From: Nitriliruptoraceae bacterium
GTDB lineage: Bacteria; Actinomycetota; Nitriliruptoria; Nitriliruptorales; Nitriliruptoraceae
Direction of reading: 5' to 3'
Length of the DNA stretch: 64,000 nucleotides
Assembly: GCA_040880235.1 (NCBI GenBank)
Contig: JBBDIX010000073.1
Coordinates: forward strand, 7,392 to 71,391
The notes beneath the pieces were generated by a model. It saw only the letters and a list, made by a program, of their open reading frames with translations, was not told the DNA's origin and ran no database searches. This document shows positions 39,004 through 49,199 of the stretch, piece by piece. The position numbers and the translations under genes were made by a program. Positions within the stretch are counted from its first letter, which is position 1, and each line of letters starts with the position of its first letter.

Positions 39004-40041
39004 GTGTATCAGCGGCGACGCTCACGCATCGTGCTCGCCGCCCTCGTGCTGGTCGCGCTCGTGCTCGTGACCATCGACGTGCGATCCGGTGAGGGCGGCC
39101 TCCTCAACGGAGCTCGTGGCCTGGCGACCCAGGTGTTCCAGCCGGTGCAGGACGGCGCGACCATGCTCCTGCGCCCGGTTGGCAACGCGTTCACCGGGGC
39201 CGGCGACCTCTTCACGCTCCGGTCGGACAACGAGCGTCTGCGCGACGAGGTCGAACGGCTGCGCGAGCGCCGGCGCACGCTCACGGACCTCGAACGGGAG
39301 AACGACGAGCTTCGCGACCTGCTCGCGATGCGTGCACAGGGAAGCCACGAGACGGTCCCCGCCCGGGTGGTGTCGCTGTCTCCGTCGAGCTTCGAGTGGA
39401 CCGTGACCATCGACGTCGGCCGCCGCGAGGGTGTCGCACGCGACATGCCGGTGATCAACGGGGACGGACTCGTCGGACGGGTCGTGCAGGTGACGAACAC
39501 GTCGTCGCGCGTGCTGCTCGCGATCGACCCGAGCTTCTTCGCCGCCGCACGCAGCTCGCGCACCGGGCAGATCGGCACGATCGAGGGCCGCGGCAGTGAC
39601 CCGATGGTGCTGCGGCCACTCAACCCGGCGGCGGATGTCGCCGTGGGCGACGAGGTCGTCACCTCGAGCTATCAGGGCGGGGTGTTCCCCGGGGGGATTC
39701 CGGTCGGGCTGGTGGGCGACGTCGGTGAGCCGTCGGCTCGCCTCGTGCGTGAACTGACGGTCCGGCCCTTCGTGGACTTCACCCGGCTGCACCACGTGCT
39801 GGTGATCCTCAGCAGTCCGGTCCAGCCCGTGCCGCCGCTCGAGGGAACCCCCGGCGTCGACTTCGATGCGCCGTCGGGTCCGCGGTTCCTCGAACGCGAC
39901 GACACCGATGCGACCGGCGACCTGATCGACGGGATCTTCGGGCCCGGGGCATCCGCGCGGGCGCAGGACACCGGTGATGCCGCCGACGACCCCGACGACG
40001 CAGATGGCGCACCCGGGGACGACGGGGAGGGCGGCGGGTGA
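39004..40041 (+). CDS. mreC: Rod shape-determining protein MreC
   Basis: An N-terminal TM segment is followed by a coiled coil (LRSDNERLRDEVERLRERRRTLTDLERENDELRDLL) and a beta-barrel region (GDGLVGRVVQV). It sits after mreB. Confidence 0.85.
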   Translation: MYQRRRSRIVLAALVLVALVLVTIDVRSGEGGLLNGARGLATQVFQPVQDGATMLLRPVGNAFTGAGDLFTLRSDNERLRDEVERLRERRRTLTDLERENDELRDLLAMRAQGSHETVPARVVSLSPSSFEWTVTIDVGRREGVARDMPVINGDGLVGRVVQVTNTSSRVLLAIDPSFFAAARSSRTGQIGTIEGRGSDPMVLRPLNPAADVAVGDEVVTSSYQGGVFPGGIPVGLVGDVGEPSARLVRELTVRPFVDFTRLHHVLVILSSPVQPVPPLEGTPGVDFDAPSGPRFLERDDTDATGDLIDGIFGPGASARAQDTGDAADDPDDADGAPGDDGEGGG

Positions 40042-40559
40042 TCGTGCGCACGCTCACGGTCGGCCTGCTGGTCGTGGCGGCCGCCATCATCCAGACGGCC
40101 GTGTTCCCGCTGCTGCCGACGGGATGGTTCCGGCCGGACGTGCTGCTGCTGCTCGTCGTCGCCGCAGCGCTTGCCGACGGGCCGCTGGTCGGCCTGCGCG
40201 TCGGGTTCGCCGCGGGGCTGGTCTCCGATCTGCTGACGGTGCTCAGCCCGGTCGGTGTGGGCACTCTGGTGCTCACCGCCATCGGGTTCGCGACCGGTGC
40301 GGTGCGTCCGTACCTGGCGCCGTCGTCGCTGTCTGCTCCGCTGCTGGTCGCACTGGTCACCGGAGTGGTCGGGACCGCCGCGCACGGGACGCTCGTGCTG
40401 CTGCTCGGTGACGAGCGGCTGCCGTCGGCCCTGCTCGTGCAGGCCGCGATCGGCGTGGGCATCTTCAACGTCGCGCTGGCTCCCCTGGTGCTGGGTGCCG
40501 TCGCGCGGGTGCTCAGAGGACTGCCGCAGGCATCCTCGGCACCGTTTGAACAGGCGTGA
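40038..40559 (+). CDS. mreD: Rod shape-determining protein MreD
   Basis: A 173-aa polytopic membrane protein whose start overlaps the mreC stop (GTGA). The call rests on its position in the mreBCD-PBP2-rodA order. Confidence 0.75.
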   Translation: MIVRTLTVGLLVVAAAIIQTAVFPLLPTGWFRPDVLLLLVVAAALADGPLVGLRVGFAAGLVSDLLTVLSPVGVGTLVLTAIGFATGAVRPYLAPSSLSAPLLVALVTGVVGTAAHGTLVLLLGDERLPSALLVQAAIGVGIFNVALAPLVLGAVARVLRGLPQASSAPFEQA

Positions 40560-40630
40560 TCGACTGCGCCGGAACGGTCCCCGGCCGCTGGTAGTGTCGC
40601 CGGACGCCACGTCAGATCCGTCGAGCCCCG

Positions 40631-42697
40631 ATGTCAACGTCCGAGACGTCCTCCGTCCTGCGCCTGACGTTCCTGTCTGTCGTGGTGATCGCCCTGTTCC
40701 TCGCACTGCTCTCGCGGCTGTGGTTCCTGCAGGTGCTCGCGGGCGACCGGTACGTCGAACTCGCGGACACCAACCGCCTCCGTCAGGTCGTGACCGAGGC
40801 CCCACGCGGCGACATCCTCGCGTCCGGCGGTGAGCAGCTCGTGCGCAACCGGCCAGCCCTTGCCGTCAGTGCGGACCGCCAGGCCCTGGTCGACGAGGAT
40901 GGGGACCCCCTCGACGCCGAGGCAGAACGGGTCATCTCCCGACTCGCACTCCTGCTCGACCTCTCCGAGGACTCGGTCCTCGAACGCCTCACGTCGCGGC
41001 GGTACAGCCCGTTCCGGCCGGTGCCGATCGCGGTGGACGTCACTCCGGAGATCGTCTTCAGCGTGCGTGAACACCAGGAGCTGTTCCCCGGGGTCATGAC
41101 GGAGACGCTGCCGCTGCGTGACCATCCGTACGGAACGCTCGGGGCCCATGTCGTCGGCTACCTCAATCAGATCTCCGAGGCTGAGCTCGACGACGAACGC
41201 TTCGCGGACTACCGAGGCGGCGACCTCATCGGCCGCGCCGGGGTCGAGGCAGTCTACGAGTCGTGGCTCCGGGGAACCGAGGGAACCCGGCTGCTGGAGG
41301 TCAACGCGCAGAACCGGGTGCTGGACGTCCTGCGGGAGACCGAGTCCACCCCCGGCAACGACCTGGTCCTCAGCATCGACCTGGAACTGCAGGCCGCCGT
41401 CGAGCACCTGCTCGAGGCCGGCATGGTCGCGAGCCGCGACATCGTGCGCACCGACGGGCGCAACCTCCCGTCGACTGCGGGGTCCGCGATCGTCATGGAC
41501 GTCGACGGCGCCGTGCTCGCACTGGCGTCCAACCCGACCTACGACCCCCGGAAGTTCGTCGGAGGCCTGTCACAGGACTACGCCGACTACCTCTACAACA
41601 CCCCGGAGGTTCCCCAGCCCGCCGTCAACCGGGCGATCCAGGGGCGCTACCCCCCGGGGTCGGTGTTCAAGACCGTCAGCGGCGCGGCCGGGGTGGAGTC
41701 GGGTCAGGTCGGGCCGTCGACGCTCCTGCCGTGCCCCTCGAGCTACACCATCGGCGGCAACACGTTTCGCAACTGGAATGCGTCGGCTGAACCGGCCATG
41801 CCCCTGTCACGGGCCCTGATGCGTTCCTGTGACACGTACTTCTACGACATCGCCTACCGCCAGTGGCAGACCGAGCAGCGCCAGATCGCCGCCAACGACG
41901 CGTCGTCCGCCACCGGGCCCGGCACGACGACCGCCGGCGCGGTCACGGAGGTGCTCGCAGAGGTCGCCCATCGCTTTGGCTTCGGCCGGCGGCTCGGCAT
42001 CGACCTGCCCTCCGAGGCGACGGGCTACATCCCGAACCGTGCCAGCAAGGAGCAGCGGTGGCTCGACCGCCGGGACCGGTGGTGCGACCAGGCGGAGCAG
42101 TCCGAGCCGGGCTCGTACGTGCAGCTCGTGCTCGAGGACAACTGCCTGTACGGCGGGGTCTGGCGCGGTGGTGATGCCGTGAACACGTCGATCGGGCAGG
42201 GAGAGATCGAGACCACCCCGCTGCAGGTCGCCACGTCGTACCTCGCGGTCGCGAACGGGGGAGAGCTGCTCCGACCGCGGGTCGCCTCGCGGATCGTCTC
42301 CCCGACGGGGGAGATCCTCGAGGAGTTCGGTCGCGAGGTCATCGGGACGCTCGACCTCGATGCGGCGACCCTCGGTGCGCTGCAGCAGGGCCTGCGGTCG
42401 GTCGTGATGGAACCCGGGGGCACCGCCCGCGGCGCGTTCGCCGGGTTCCCGCTCGACCAGATCCCCGTGGCCGGCAAGACGGGGACCGCCGAACAGAAGC
42501 CGAAGGTCCCGTACGCCTGGTTCGTCGCGTACGCACCGGCAGACGATCCCCAGTACGTGGTGGTCGTCAGCGTCGAGGAGGGCGGCGGCGGCTCGCAGAC
42601 CGCGGCGCCGATCGTGCGCAACATCCTCGAGGTGATCTTCGACGTGGTGCCCGCGCCCCTCGTCGAGTTCGAGGCCGGCCCCGAGATCCTCGACTGA
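40631..42697 (+). CDS. mrdA: Penicillin-binding protein 2 (elongasome transpeptidase)
   Basis: An N-terminal TM segment and PBP dimerisation region are followed by transpeptidase motifs: PGSVFKTV (SxxK), SIGQGE (SxN-like) and AGKTGTAE (KTG). Confidence 0.9.
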   Translation: MSTSETSSVLRLTFLSVVVIALFLALLSRLWFLQVLAGDRYVELADTNRLRQVVTEAPRGDILASGGEQLVRNRPALAVSADRQALVDEDGDPLDAEAERVISRLALLLDLSEDSVLERLTSRRYSPFRPVPIAVDVTPEIVFSVREHQELFPGVMTETLPLRDHPYGTLGAHVVGYLNQISEAELDDERFADYRGGDLIGRAGVEAVYESWLRGTEGTRLLEVNAQNRVLDVLRETESTPGNDLVLSIDLELQAAVEHLLEAGMVASRDIVRTDGRNLPSTAGSAIVMDVDGAVLALASNPTYDPRKFVGGLSQDYADYLYNTPEVPQPAVNRAIQGRYPPGSVFKTVSGAAGVESGQVGPSTLLPCPSSYTIGGNTFRNWNASAEPAMPLSRALMRSCDTYFYDIAYRQWQTEQRQIAANDASSATGPGTTTAGAVTEVLAEVAHRFGFGRRLGIDLPSEATGYIPNRASKEQRWLDRRDRWCDQAEQSEPGSYVQLVLEDNCLYGGVWRGGDAVNTSIGQGEIETTPLQVATSYLAVANGGELLRPRVASRIVSPTGEILEEFGREVIGTLDLDAATLGALQQGLRSVVMEPGGTARGAFAGFPLDQIPVAGKTGTAEQKPKVPYAWFVAYAPADDPQYVVVVSVEEGGGGSQTAAPIVRNILEVIFDVVPAPLVEFEAGPEILD

Positions 42698-42721
42698 CCC
42701 CGACCCGCAGCGAGGTACAGG

Positions 42722-43900
42722 ATGTCGAACAGGTACACCGGGGACCCCGATGCGCGTCGCCTGCGCGCGGAGCTGCAGTCGCGCTGGATGGACGCGTACG
42801 CGCCCACTCGGCACGTCGACACGATCCTGGTCGTCGCGGCGCTCGCGCTCGCGGGCATCGGGCTGGTCATGATCTTCAGTGCCAAGCTCCACCAGCTGAC
42901 CCTGCAGGGACTGCCCAACACCCTGTACCTGAACCGACAGCTCGTGGCGCTGGCCATCGGTCTGGTCGTGATGGTCGTGGCCTCGATGGTCGACTACCGC
43001 CGGCTGCAGTCGTACGTCTTCGTGCTGTACGGGACGGTGATCGTGCTGCTGATCGCGGTGCTCACCCCGTTGGGTAACGCCGTCGGTGGTTCTCAGCGCT
43101 GGCTGGTGGTCGGGCCGGCCCAGCTGCAGCCGTCCGAACTCGCCAAGGTCGCGGTGCTCATCGCAATCGCCGCCCTGCTGAGCGAGGCGAAGGCGCAGCC
43201 GGGTCTCGGAGAGGTTGCGATCGGGCTGGTCATCGCGGTCGTGCCCACGGCCCTGGTGTTCGTCCAGCCGGACCTGGGCACCTCGATGGTGTTCGTGTTC
43301 CTGGCCGCCGGGATGTTCCTGGTCGGTGGCGTGCGCGTCCGCTACCTCGTGGCGCTCGTCATCGCCGGGATCGCGGGCTTCCTCGTCTCGCTGCAGACCG
43401 AACTGATCCAGGACTACCAGGTGCGTCGCCTGACGGCGTTCCTCGACGCGAGCGACCCGGCACTGGCCCAGGGCGCGGCGTTCCACACCCGCCAGTCGCT
43501 GATCGCGGTCGGGTCCGGTCAGCTGTCGGGCAAGGGCCTGTTCCAGGGCACCCAGACCGCCCTGGCGTACGTCCCGGAGAACCACACCGACTTCATCTTC
43601 ACCGTCGTCGGTGAGGAGTTCGGGTTCGTCGGGACCAGTGCCGTGGTCGCCCTGTTCGCCGTGCTCGTGTGGCGGGCCCTCATGATCGCTGCGACCGCCA
43701 AGGACCTGTTCGGTCGGCTGGTCGCGTCCGGGATCGCCTCGATCCTGACCTTCCAGGTGTTCGTCAACGTGGGCATGACCATCGGCCTGATGCCGGTCAC
43801 GGGCCTGCCGTTGCCGTTCGTGAGCTACGGGGGAACGTCGCTCATCATGTGGTTCTCCCTCATCGGGGTCCTCCAGAGCATCCACATGCGACGCTTCTGA
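42722..43900 (+). CDS. rodA: Rod shape-determining protein RodA (SEDS family glycosyltransferase)
   Basis: Diagnostic motifs are QPSELAKV, PDLGTSMV, HTDFIFTVVGEEFGF and LPFVSYGGTS. Confidence 0.9.
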   Translation: MSNRYTGDPDARRLRAELQSRWMDAYAPTRHVDTILVVAALALAGIGLVMIFSAKLHQLTLQGLPNTLYLNRQLVALAIGLVVMVVASMVDYRRLQSYVFVLYGTVIVLLIAVLTPLGNAVGGSQRWLVVGPAQLQPSELAKVAVLIAIAALLSEAKAQPGLGEVAIGLVIAVVPTALVFVQPDLGTSMVFVFLAAGMFLVGGVRVRYLVALVIAGIAGFLVSLQTELIQDYQVRRLTAFLDASDPALAQGAAFHTRQSLIAVGSGQLSGKGLFQGTQTALAYVPENHTDFIFTVVGEEFGFVGTSAVVALFAVLVWRALMIAATAKDLFGRLVASGIASILTFQVFVNVGMTIGLMPVTGLPLPFVSYGGTSLIMWFSLIGVLQSIHMRRF

Positions 43901-44071
43901 CGCCTCGCTCCGTCACACCGCCGCACCGTCGGGTCAGGGCCTGGCCACTGCTACGCTCGGCGCGGTGCCGCGTCACGTGTCACGTGCACGTCGGACCCGG
44001 GGCGCAGTGACCCTGCGTCACCCCCGTGGGTCCCATCAGGACACGGCGCCACACCACGATCAGGAGGCCTC

Positions 44072-46147
44072 GTGCTCGGTATCGCACCGCTGCCGACGCC
44101 CGCGGCGACGCCGCCTCCCGGAGAACGACTCGAGTTCCGGCACGCCGGCGACCGCGCGGTCGAGCCGCCTTCCTACTGGGAGGCGCTCGAACCGCTGCTC
44201 GATCGTGTCCGCAAGCCCGCTCAGTACGTGGGCGGCGAGTACAACCAGGCCGTGACACCGTGGCACGCCGCGAGCACCCGTTGGCTGCTCTGCTACCCGG
44301 ACACGTACGAGGTCGGCCAACCCAACCAGGGCGTGCAGATCCTCTACGAGATCCTCAACGAACGTCCCGACACGCTCGCGGAGCGGTGCTACGCCCCGTG
44401 GATCGACCTCGAGGAACTCCTCCGGGAGCACGGGATCCCCACGTTCTCGCTGGAGACGCACCGCCCCCTGTGGGCGTTCGACGTGTTCGCGGTGACCCTG
44501 CCCCACGAACTGGGTCACACGAACCTGCTCAACCTGCTCGACCTCGGTGGGGTGCCGATCCGCGCCGATCGCCGGCTGGTCGACGACCCGATCGTGCTGG
44601 TGGGAGGCCACGCCGCCTTCAACCCGGAACCGCTGGCGCCGTTCGTCGACGCGGTGGTCATGGGCGACGGCGAGGAGGTCACGCTCGAGATCGACGACGT
44701 GCTGCGCCGCTTCAAGCAGGACGTGCTCGACGCCGACGCCCACGGGACCGAAGCGCGCCGCGAGCTGCTCGAACGGCTCGTGCGCGTCGAGGGCGTCTAC
44801 GTGCCGTCGCTGTACGAGGCGCGATACACGGATGACGGACGACTCCGTCAGACGGTGCCCGTGCATCCTCACGCCCCGTCGTTCGTTCCCCGGCGCACCG
44901 TGCAGGACCTCGAGCAGTGGGCCTATCCGCGTCGCCAGATCGTGCCGTCGACCGAGACCGTGCACGAACGCTTCAGCGTGGAGATCTTCCGCGGCTGCAC
45001 ACGAGGTTGCCGGTTCTGTCAGGCCGGGATGATCACCCGTCCCGTGCGCGAACGGCGCCCCGAGACCGTCCAGCGGCTCGTCGAGGACGGCGTGCGCGAC
45101 ACCGGTTTCGAGGAGGTCGGGCTCCTGTCGTTGTCGTCGGCCGACCACTCCGCCATCGGGTCGATCGCCCGGGACCTGGCCGACACCTACGAGGGCACCA
45201 CGACGTCCCTGTCACTGCCGTCCACGCGCGTCGACGCCTTCAACGTGACCCTGTCCAACGAACTGGCCCGCAACGGGCGTCGCACCGGGCTCACGTTCGC
45301 CCCCGAGGCGGGCAGCGAACGGATGCGGGCCGTCATCAACAAGATGGTGTCGGAGGAGGACCTGCTGCGGACCACCGAGATCGCGTTCTCGGAGGGCTGG
45401 CGGCACGTCAAGCTGTACTTCATGGTGGGTCTGCCCACCGAGACCGACGAGGACGTGCTCGCGATCGCCGACCTGGGGATCCGGACCTACGAGCTCGCGC
45501 GCCAGCACGGGAAGTCCAACCGGGTCACCATCTCGGTCGGCGGGTTCGTGCCCAAGCCGCACACGCCGTTCCAGTGGGCGCCGCAGGACTCCGCAGAGGA
45601 GATCCGCCGCAAGCTCGCCCTGATCCGGCACGCCATCCGTGAACACACGGGCCTGCGCCTGCGCACCAACGACCCCGAGGAGGGGGTCATCGAGGGTCTG
45701 CTCGCACGCGGTGACCGCCGGGTCGCCGACGCCGTCGAGCGGGCCTGGCAGCTGGGCGCGCGCTTCGACGGCTGGCACGAGATGCCGACGCTCGACACCT
45801 GGATGCAGGCGCTCGAGGACACTGGTCTGGCCCTGGCCTGGTACAGCGGTCGCACGCGTGACGAACGTGAGGTCCTGCCCTGGGATCACCTCGACAGCGG
45901 GCTGGAGAAGTCCTGGCTGTGGGAGGACTGGCAGGACTCCCTGTCGGAGAAGGACCTCGACGACTGTCGCTGGTCTCCGTGCTACGACTGCGGGGTCTGC
46001 CCAGGCCTCAACGTCGAACACGACACCGGGTACACCGGGGGATTTCAGCTCCCGGTCCTGCCCCAGGGTCTCGGCGGCTCGGACGCGCTGCCGGTCACCC
46101 CGGAACGTCATGCGTCCCACACGTCCACGGGAGGCCGATCGGCGTGA
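44072..46147 (+). CDS. B12-binding-domain radical SAM protein (TIGR03960-type)
   Basis: The radical SAM cluster motif is EIFRGCTRGCRFCQAG. GTG 44072 follows CAGGAGG. The protein is followed by its usual DUF2344 partner and rne. Confidence 0.85.
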   Translation: MLGIAPLPTPAATPPPGERLEFRHAGDRAVEPPSYWEALEPLLDRVRKPAQYVGGEYNQAVTPWHAASTRWLLCYPDTYEVGQPNQGVQILYEILNERPDTLAERCYAPWIDLEELLREHGIPTFSLETHRPLWAFDVFAVTLPHELGHTNLLNLLDLGGVPIRADRRLVDDPIVLVGGHAAFNPEPLAPFVDAVVMGDGEEVTLEIDDVLRRFKQDVLDADAHGTEARRELLERLVRVEGVYVPSLYEARYTDDGRLRQTVPVHPHAPSFVPRRTVQDLEQWAYPRRQIVPSTETVHERFSVEIFRGCTRGCRFCQAGMITRPVRERRPETVQRLVEDGVRDTGFEEVGLLSLSSADHSAIGSIARDLADTYEGTTTSLSLPSTRVDAFNVTLSNELARNGRRTGLTFAPEAGSERMRAVINKMVSEEDLLRTTEIAFSEGWRHVKLYFMVGLPTETDEDVLAIADLGIRTYELARQHGKSNRVTISVGGFVPKPHTPFQWAPQDSAEEIRRKLALIRHAIREHTGLRLRTNDPEEGVIEGLLARGDRRVADAVERAWQLGARFDGWHEMPTLDTWMQALEDTGLALAWYSGRTRDEREVLPWDHLDSGLEKSWLWEDWQDSLSEKDLDDCRWSPCYDCGVCPGLNVEHDTGYTGGFQLPVLPQGLGGSDALPVTPERHASHTSTGGRSA

Positions 46148-46881
46148 GCACCCGCTACCGCGTCCGCTGGACCAAGGAGGGTCGCACGCGCTTCATCTCT
46201 GCGCGCGACCTCACCTCGGTCTGGGAACGCGCACTGCGGCGTGCCGACCTGCCGATCGCCTACTCGGAGGGGTTCACGCCCCATGCCCGGGTGTCCTTCC
46301 CCGACGCCCTGCCGGTTGGCCACGTGTCGACGGGCGAGTACGCGGAACTGACGTTCGCGGCGCCGATTCGCCCCGAGGCGGACTTCGAGCGCCTGTCGGA
46401 CACACTGCCGCAGGGGATGCAGATCCTGACCTACATGGAGGTTCCGAGTGGCGCGCCGAAGCTGGCGCGGATGCTGCCCGCGACCCTCTGGGAGCTCGAG
46501 TGGCCACCGGTCGACCAGGCCGAGCTGACCGCGCTCCTGTCCAGACGCAGCGACGAGTTGCTGACGCGCGACCATGTCGAGGTCGTCCGTCACCGTCCCG
46601 ACGGTGACCGGACCATCGACACACGTCCCGCGCTGCTCGCGCTCGCCGCGTCGACGCGTTGCTCTGGCGACGCGTGCACCGTCCTTCGCGCGGTGCTCCG
46701 CAACGACGGCCAGACCGTACGACCAGCAGACCTGCACGCAGCACTCTCGCATGGTGACATCGCCGAGCCCGCACGCAGTCGGCGCGTGGCTCAGGGTGAA
46801 CCGGTTCCCGATGGCCTGCGCGAGGCGCTCACCGGCAGGATCGAACCACTGGTCGTCGACGTCGATGCGGAGGCCGCCTGA
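46144..46881 (+). CDS. Radical SAM-associated DUF2344 protein (TIGR03936-type)
   Basis: The protein reads VSTRYRVRWTKEGRTRFISARDLTSVWERALRRADLPIAYSEGFTPHARVSF. The GTG at 46144 overlaps the upstream stop (GTGA). Confidence 0.8.
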   Translation: MSTRYRVRWTKEGRTRFISARDLTSVWERALRRADLPIAYSEGFTPHARVSFPDALPVGHVSTGEYAELTFAAPIRPEADFERLSDTLPQGMQILTYMEVPSGAPKLARMLPATLWELEWPPVDQAELTALLSRRSDELLTRDHVEVVRHRPDGDRTIDTRPALLALAASTRCSGDACTVLRAVLRNDGQTVRPADLHAALSHGDIAEPARSRRVAQGEPVPDGLREALTGRIEPLVVDVDAEAA

Positions 46882-46898
46882 CCACGAGCGAGTCCACC

Positions 46899-49199
46899 GT
46901 GACCGACACCAGCGACAGGCGGGCCGACGGCGCCGCCGACTCGACCAGCACGTCCGACCGCACCACCTCGACCGACTCGTCGGCCGAGGGTGAGGCGACC
47001 GTACGCACCCGTACGCGCACGCGTTCCCGCTCGACGGGCTCCAGCGGCGTGTCCGACACGGAACGGCCCACACGGGCCCGTGGTCGGTCCTCGTCGGACG
47101 ACACCGATGGCGCCTCGGGTGACACCAGCGCGGGCGCCGACCGAGCGACCGACCAGGGAGACCAGGACGACCGGAGCGATTCGGGCGACGGGGGCGACGG
47201 GGGCGGTGGCCGCCGCCGGCGACGCCGTGGAGGACGAGGCCGTGGCCGCCGAGGCGGTCAGGGCCGCGGCGGGGCGTCCGGCGACGGGTCGGCGCAGGAC
47301 GGCGACGACTCGTCGGACGACTCCTCCGACGACCGTTCGGACGACCGATCCGGCGGACGCACGGGTGGTCGCGGATCCCAGGGCGGGGGAGGCGGTCGAG
47401 GCAGTGGGCAACGGCAGTCCGGCCGTTCCGGTGGTGGCAACGACGGGTCGTCGCGCCAGGACGGTGACCACGACGGCGACCAGTCCGACAGCGACGACGA
47501 CGTCGAGCAGGCGATCGCCCGTGGGGGGACCCGGGTCGCCGCTCGGCGCAGCGGTCGTGGCGGATCGGGGCGCCGCGGGCCACAGCACGTCGGTGGGGTG
47601 TCCGAGGACGTCCGTCGCGCGATGCTGGACGGGCCGCCTCGGACCATGCTCGTCACCGCCCGATCCGACCGCACGCAGATCGCGGTGCTGGAGGATCGGA
47701 CGGTCGTCGAGCACTACGTGACGCGCAAGGACGACGTCACCTACGTCGGCAACATCTACATGGGCCGGGTGCAGAACGTCCTGCCCGGGATGGAGGCGGC
47801 GTTCCTCGACATCGGCAAGGGCCGCAACGGCGTGCTGTACGCGGGCGAGGTCCTGTACGACGAGCTGGACCTGGAGGAGGGACAGGACCAGCGCATCGAG
47901 AACGTGCTGAAGCCCGGCCAGACGGTCCTGGTGCAGGTCACCAAGGACCCGATGGGGACCAAGGGCCCGCGGCTCACCATGCACCTGTCGCTCGCCGGTC
48001 GCTACACGGTGCTCGCGCCCAACTCCGACCTGTTCGGGATCTCGCGCAAGCTCACCGACCGGGAGCGTGATCGCCTGCGTCGGATCGTCAAGCAGGTCAA
48101 GCCCGAGCATCACGGCATCATCGTCCGTACCGCGGCGGAGACCGTGTCCGAGGAGCAGTTGACCGCCGACATCGAACGCCTGCTCGCCCTGGGGGAGCGG
48201 GCGGCGGCGGCGGCCGCCGCCGCGAAGGCGCTCGACACCGTCTACGAGGAGCCACCGCTCGTCGTCAAGGTGATCCGCGACAACTTCGGTCCGGAGTTCC
48301 TGCGGTGCGTGGTCGACGAGGAGGACCTGTACCACCAGGTCCGCGACTACCTCGAGGAGGTCGCTCCCGAACTGCTCGCCAAGGTTGAGCTGTACGGGCA
48401 GCCGACCGCCGACGCGCGTGCGCGGGCGGCCGGTGCCCCGGCATCCGATGACGCCGAGGCTGCGGACGCCGCCGCTGCGGACGCCGCCGCTGCGAACGCC
48501 GAGTCGGACGAGGCTGCTGCAGGTGACGCCACGGAGACCGACGACCGCCGCGCCAGCGGTGACGGGGGTGCGAGTCGTGACGGCGACACGAGTGATGGTG
48601 ATGGCTCCGACGCGCAGGGCTCCCGGGAGGCCGCCTCCGCGTCAGACGCCGCCGAGGCCGTCGTTGCGGCCGCACCGCTCACGCCGGAGGAACTGCGGGC
48701 CGCCACCGACCGTCGGGCGTCACTCGCGCCGCTGTTCGATGCGTACGACGTGACCGACCAGCTGCGCAAGGCGATGTCGCGCAAGGTGTGGCTGCCGTCC
48801 GGCGGCTACCTGATCGTCGAGTCCACCGAGGCAATGAAGGTCATCGACGTCAACACAGGCAAGTTCACCGGGGATGCCGACACCAACCTCGAGGAGGTCG
48901 TCCTCAAGACGAACCTCGAGGCCGCCGACGAGATCGTGCGTCAGCTGCGCCTGCGGGACATGGGCGGGATCATCGTCATCGACTTCATCGACATGCTGCT
49001 CAAGGTGAACCAGGACCAGGTCGTGCGGCGTCTCAAGCGGGAACTGCTGCGTGACCGGACCAAGACCCGGGTGTCCGAGGTGTCAAGGCTCGGGCTGGTG
49101 CAGATGACCCGCAAGAACGTCAGCCAGGGACTCGTCGAGTCCTTCAGCCGGGCCTGTGAGACCTGCGAGGGCCGCGGTCTCGTCACCGAACTGGAGTGA
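46899..49199 (+). CDS. rne: Ribonuclease E/G family endoribonuclease (RNase E)
   Basis: The S1 / 5'-sensor / RNase H-like core reads GNIYMGRVQNVLPGMEAAFLDIGKGRNGVLY, ...IVESTEAMKVIDVNTGKF and GGIIVIDFIDM. A roughly 230-aa R/S/D/G-rich N-terminal extension and an internal acidic Ala-rich insert are also present. Confidence 0.9.
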   Translation: MTDTSDRRADGAADSTSTSDRTTSTDSSAEGEATVRTRTRTRSRSTGSSGVSDTERPTRARGRSSSDDTDGASGDTSAGADRATDQGDQDDRSDSGDGGDGGGGRRRRRRGGRGRGRRGGQGRGGASGDGSAQDGDDSSDDSSDDRSDDRSGGRTGGRGSQGGGGGRGSGQRQSGRSGGGNDGSSRQDGDHDGDQSDSDDDVEQAIARGGTRVAARRSGRGGSGRRGPQHVGGVSEDVRRAMLDGPPRTMLVTARSDRTQIAVLEDRTVVEHYVTRKDDVTYVGNIYMGRVQNVLPGMEAAFLDIGKGRNGVLYAGEVLYDELDLEEGQDQRIENVLKPGQTVLVQVTKDPMGTKGPRLTMHLSLAGRYTVLAPNSDLFGISRKLTDRERDRLRRIVKQVKPEHHGIIVRTAAETVSEEQLTADIERLLALGERAAAAAAAAKALDTVYEEPPLVVKVIRDNFGPEFLRCVVDEEDLYHQVRDYLEEVAPELLAKVELYGQPTADARARAAGAPASDDAEAADAAAADAAAANAESDEAAAGDATETDDRRASGDGGASRDGDTSDGDGSDAQGSREAASASDAAEAVVAAAPLTPEELRAATDRRASLAPLFDAYDVTDQLRKAMSRKVWLPSGGYLIVESTEAMKVIDVNTGKFTGDADTNLEEVVLKTNLEAADEIVRQLRLRDMGGIIVIDFIDMLLKVNQDQVVRRLKRELLRDRTKTRVSEVSRLGLVQMTRKNVSQGLVESFSRACETCEGRGLVTELE

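Noticed and set aside
47100-47600. GC-rich low-complexity DNA at the 5' end of rne, considered as non-coding or a separate gene.
   Set aside because: It is continuous in frame with the RNase E core and has a plausible GTG start at 46899. Similar R/G/S-rich extensions are known for actinobacterial RNase E. The start remains somewhat uncertain.
48400-48720. Near-repeats (GACGCCGCCGCTGCG...) considered as a tandem-repeat or CRISPR-like element.
   Set aside because: They are in frame inside rne and encode an Ala/Asp-rich low-complexity segment. There is no spacer/repeat periodicity.
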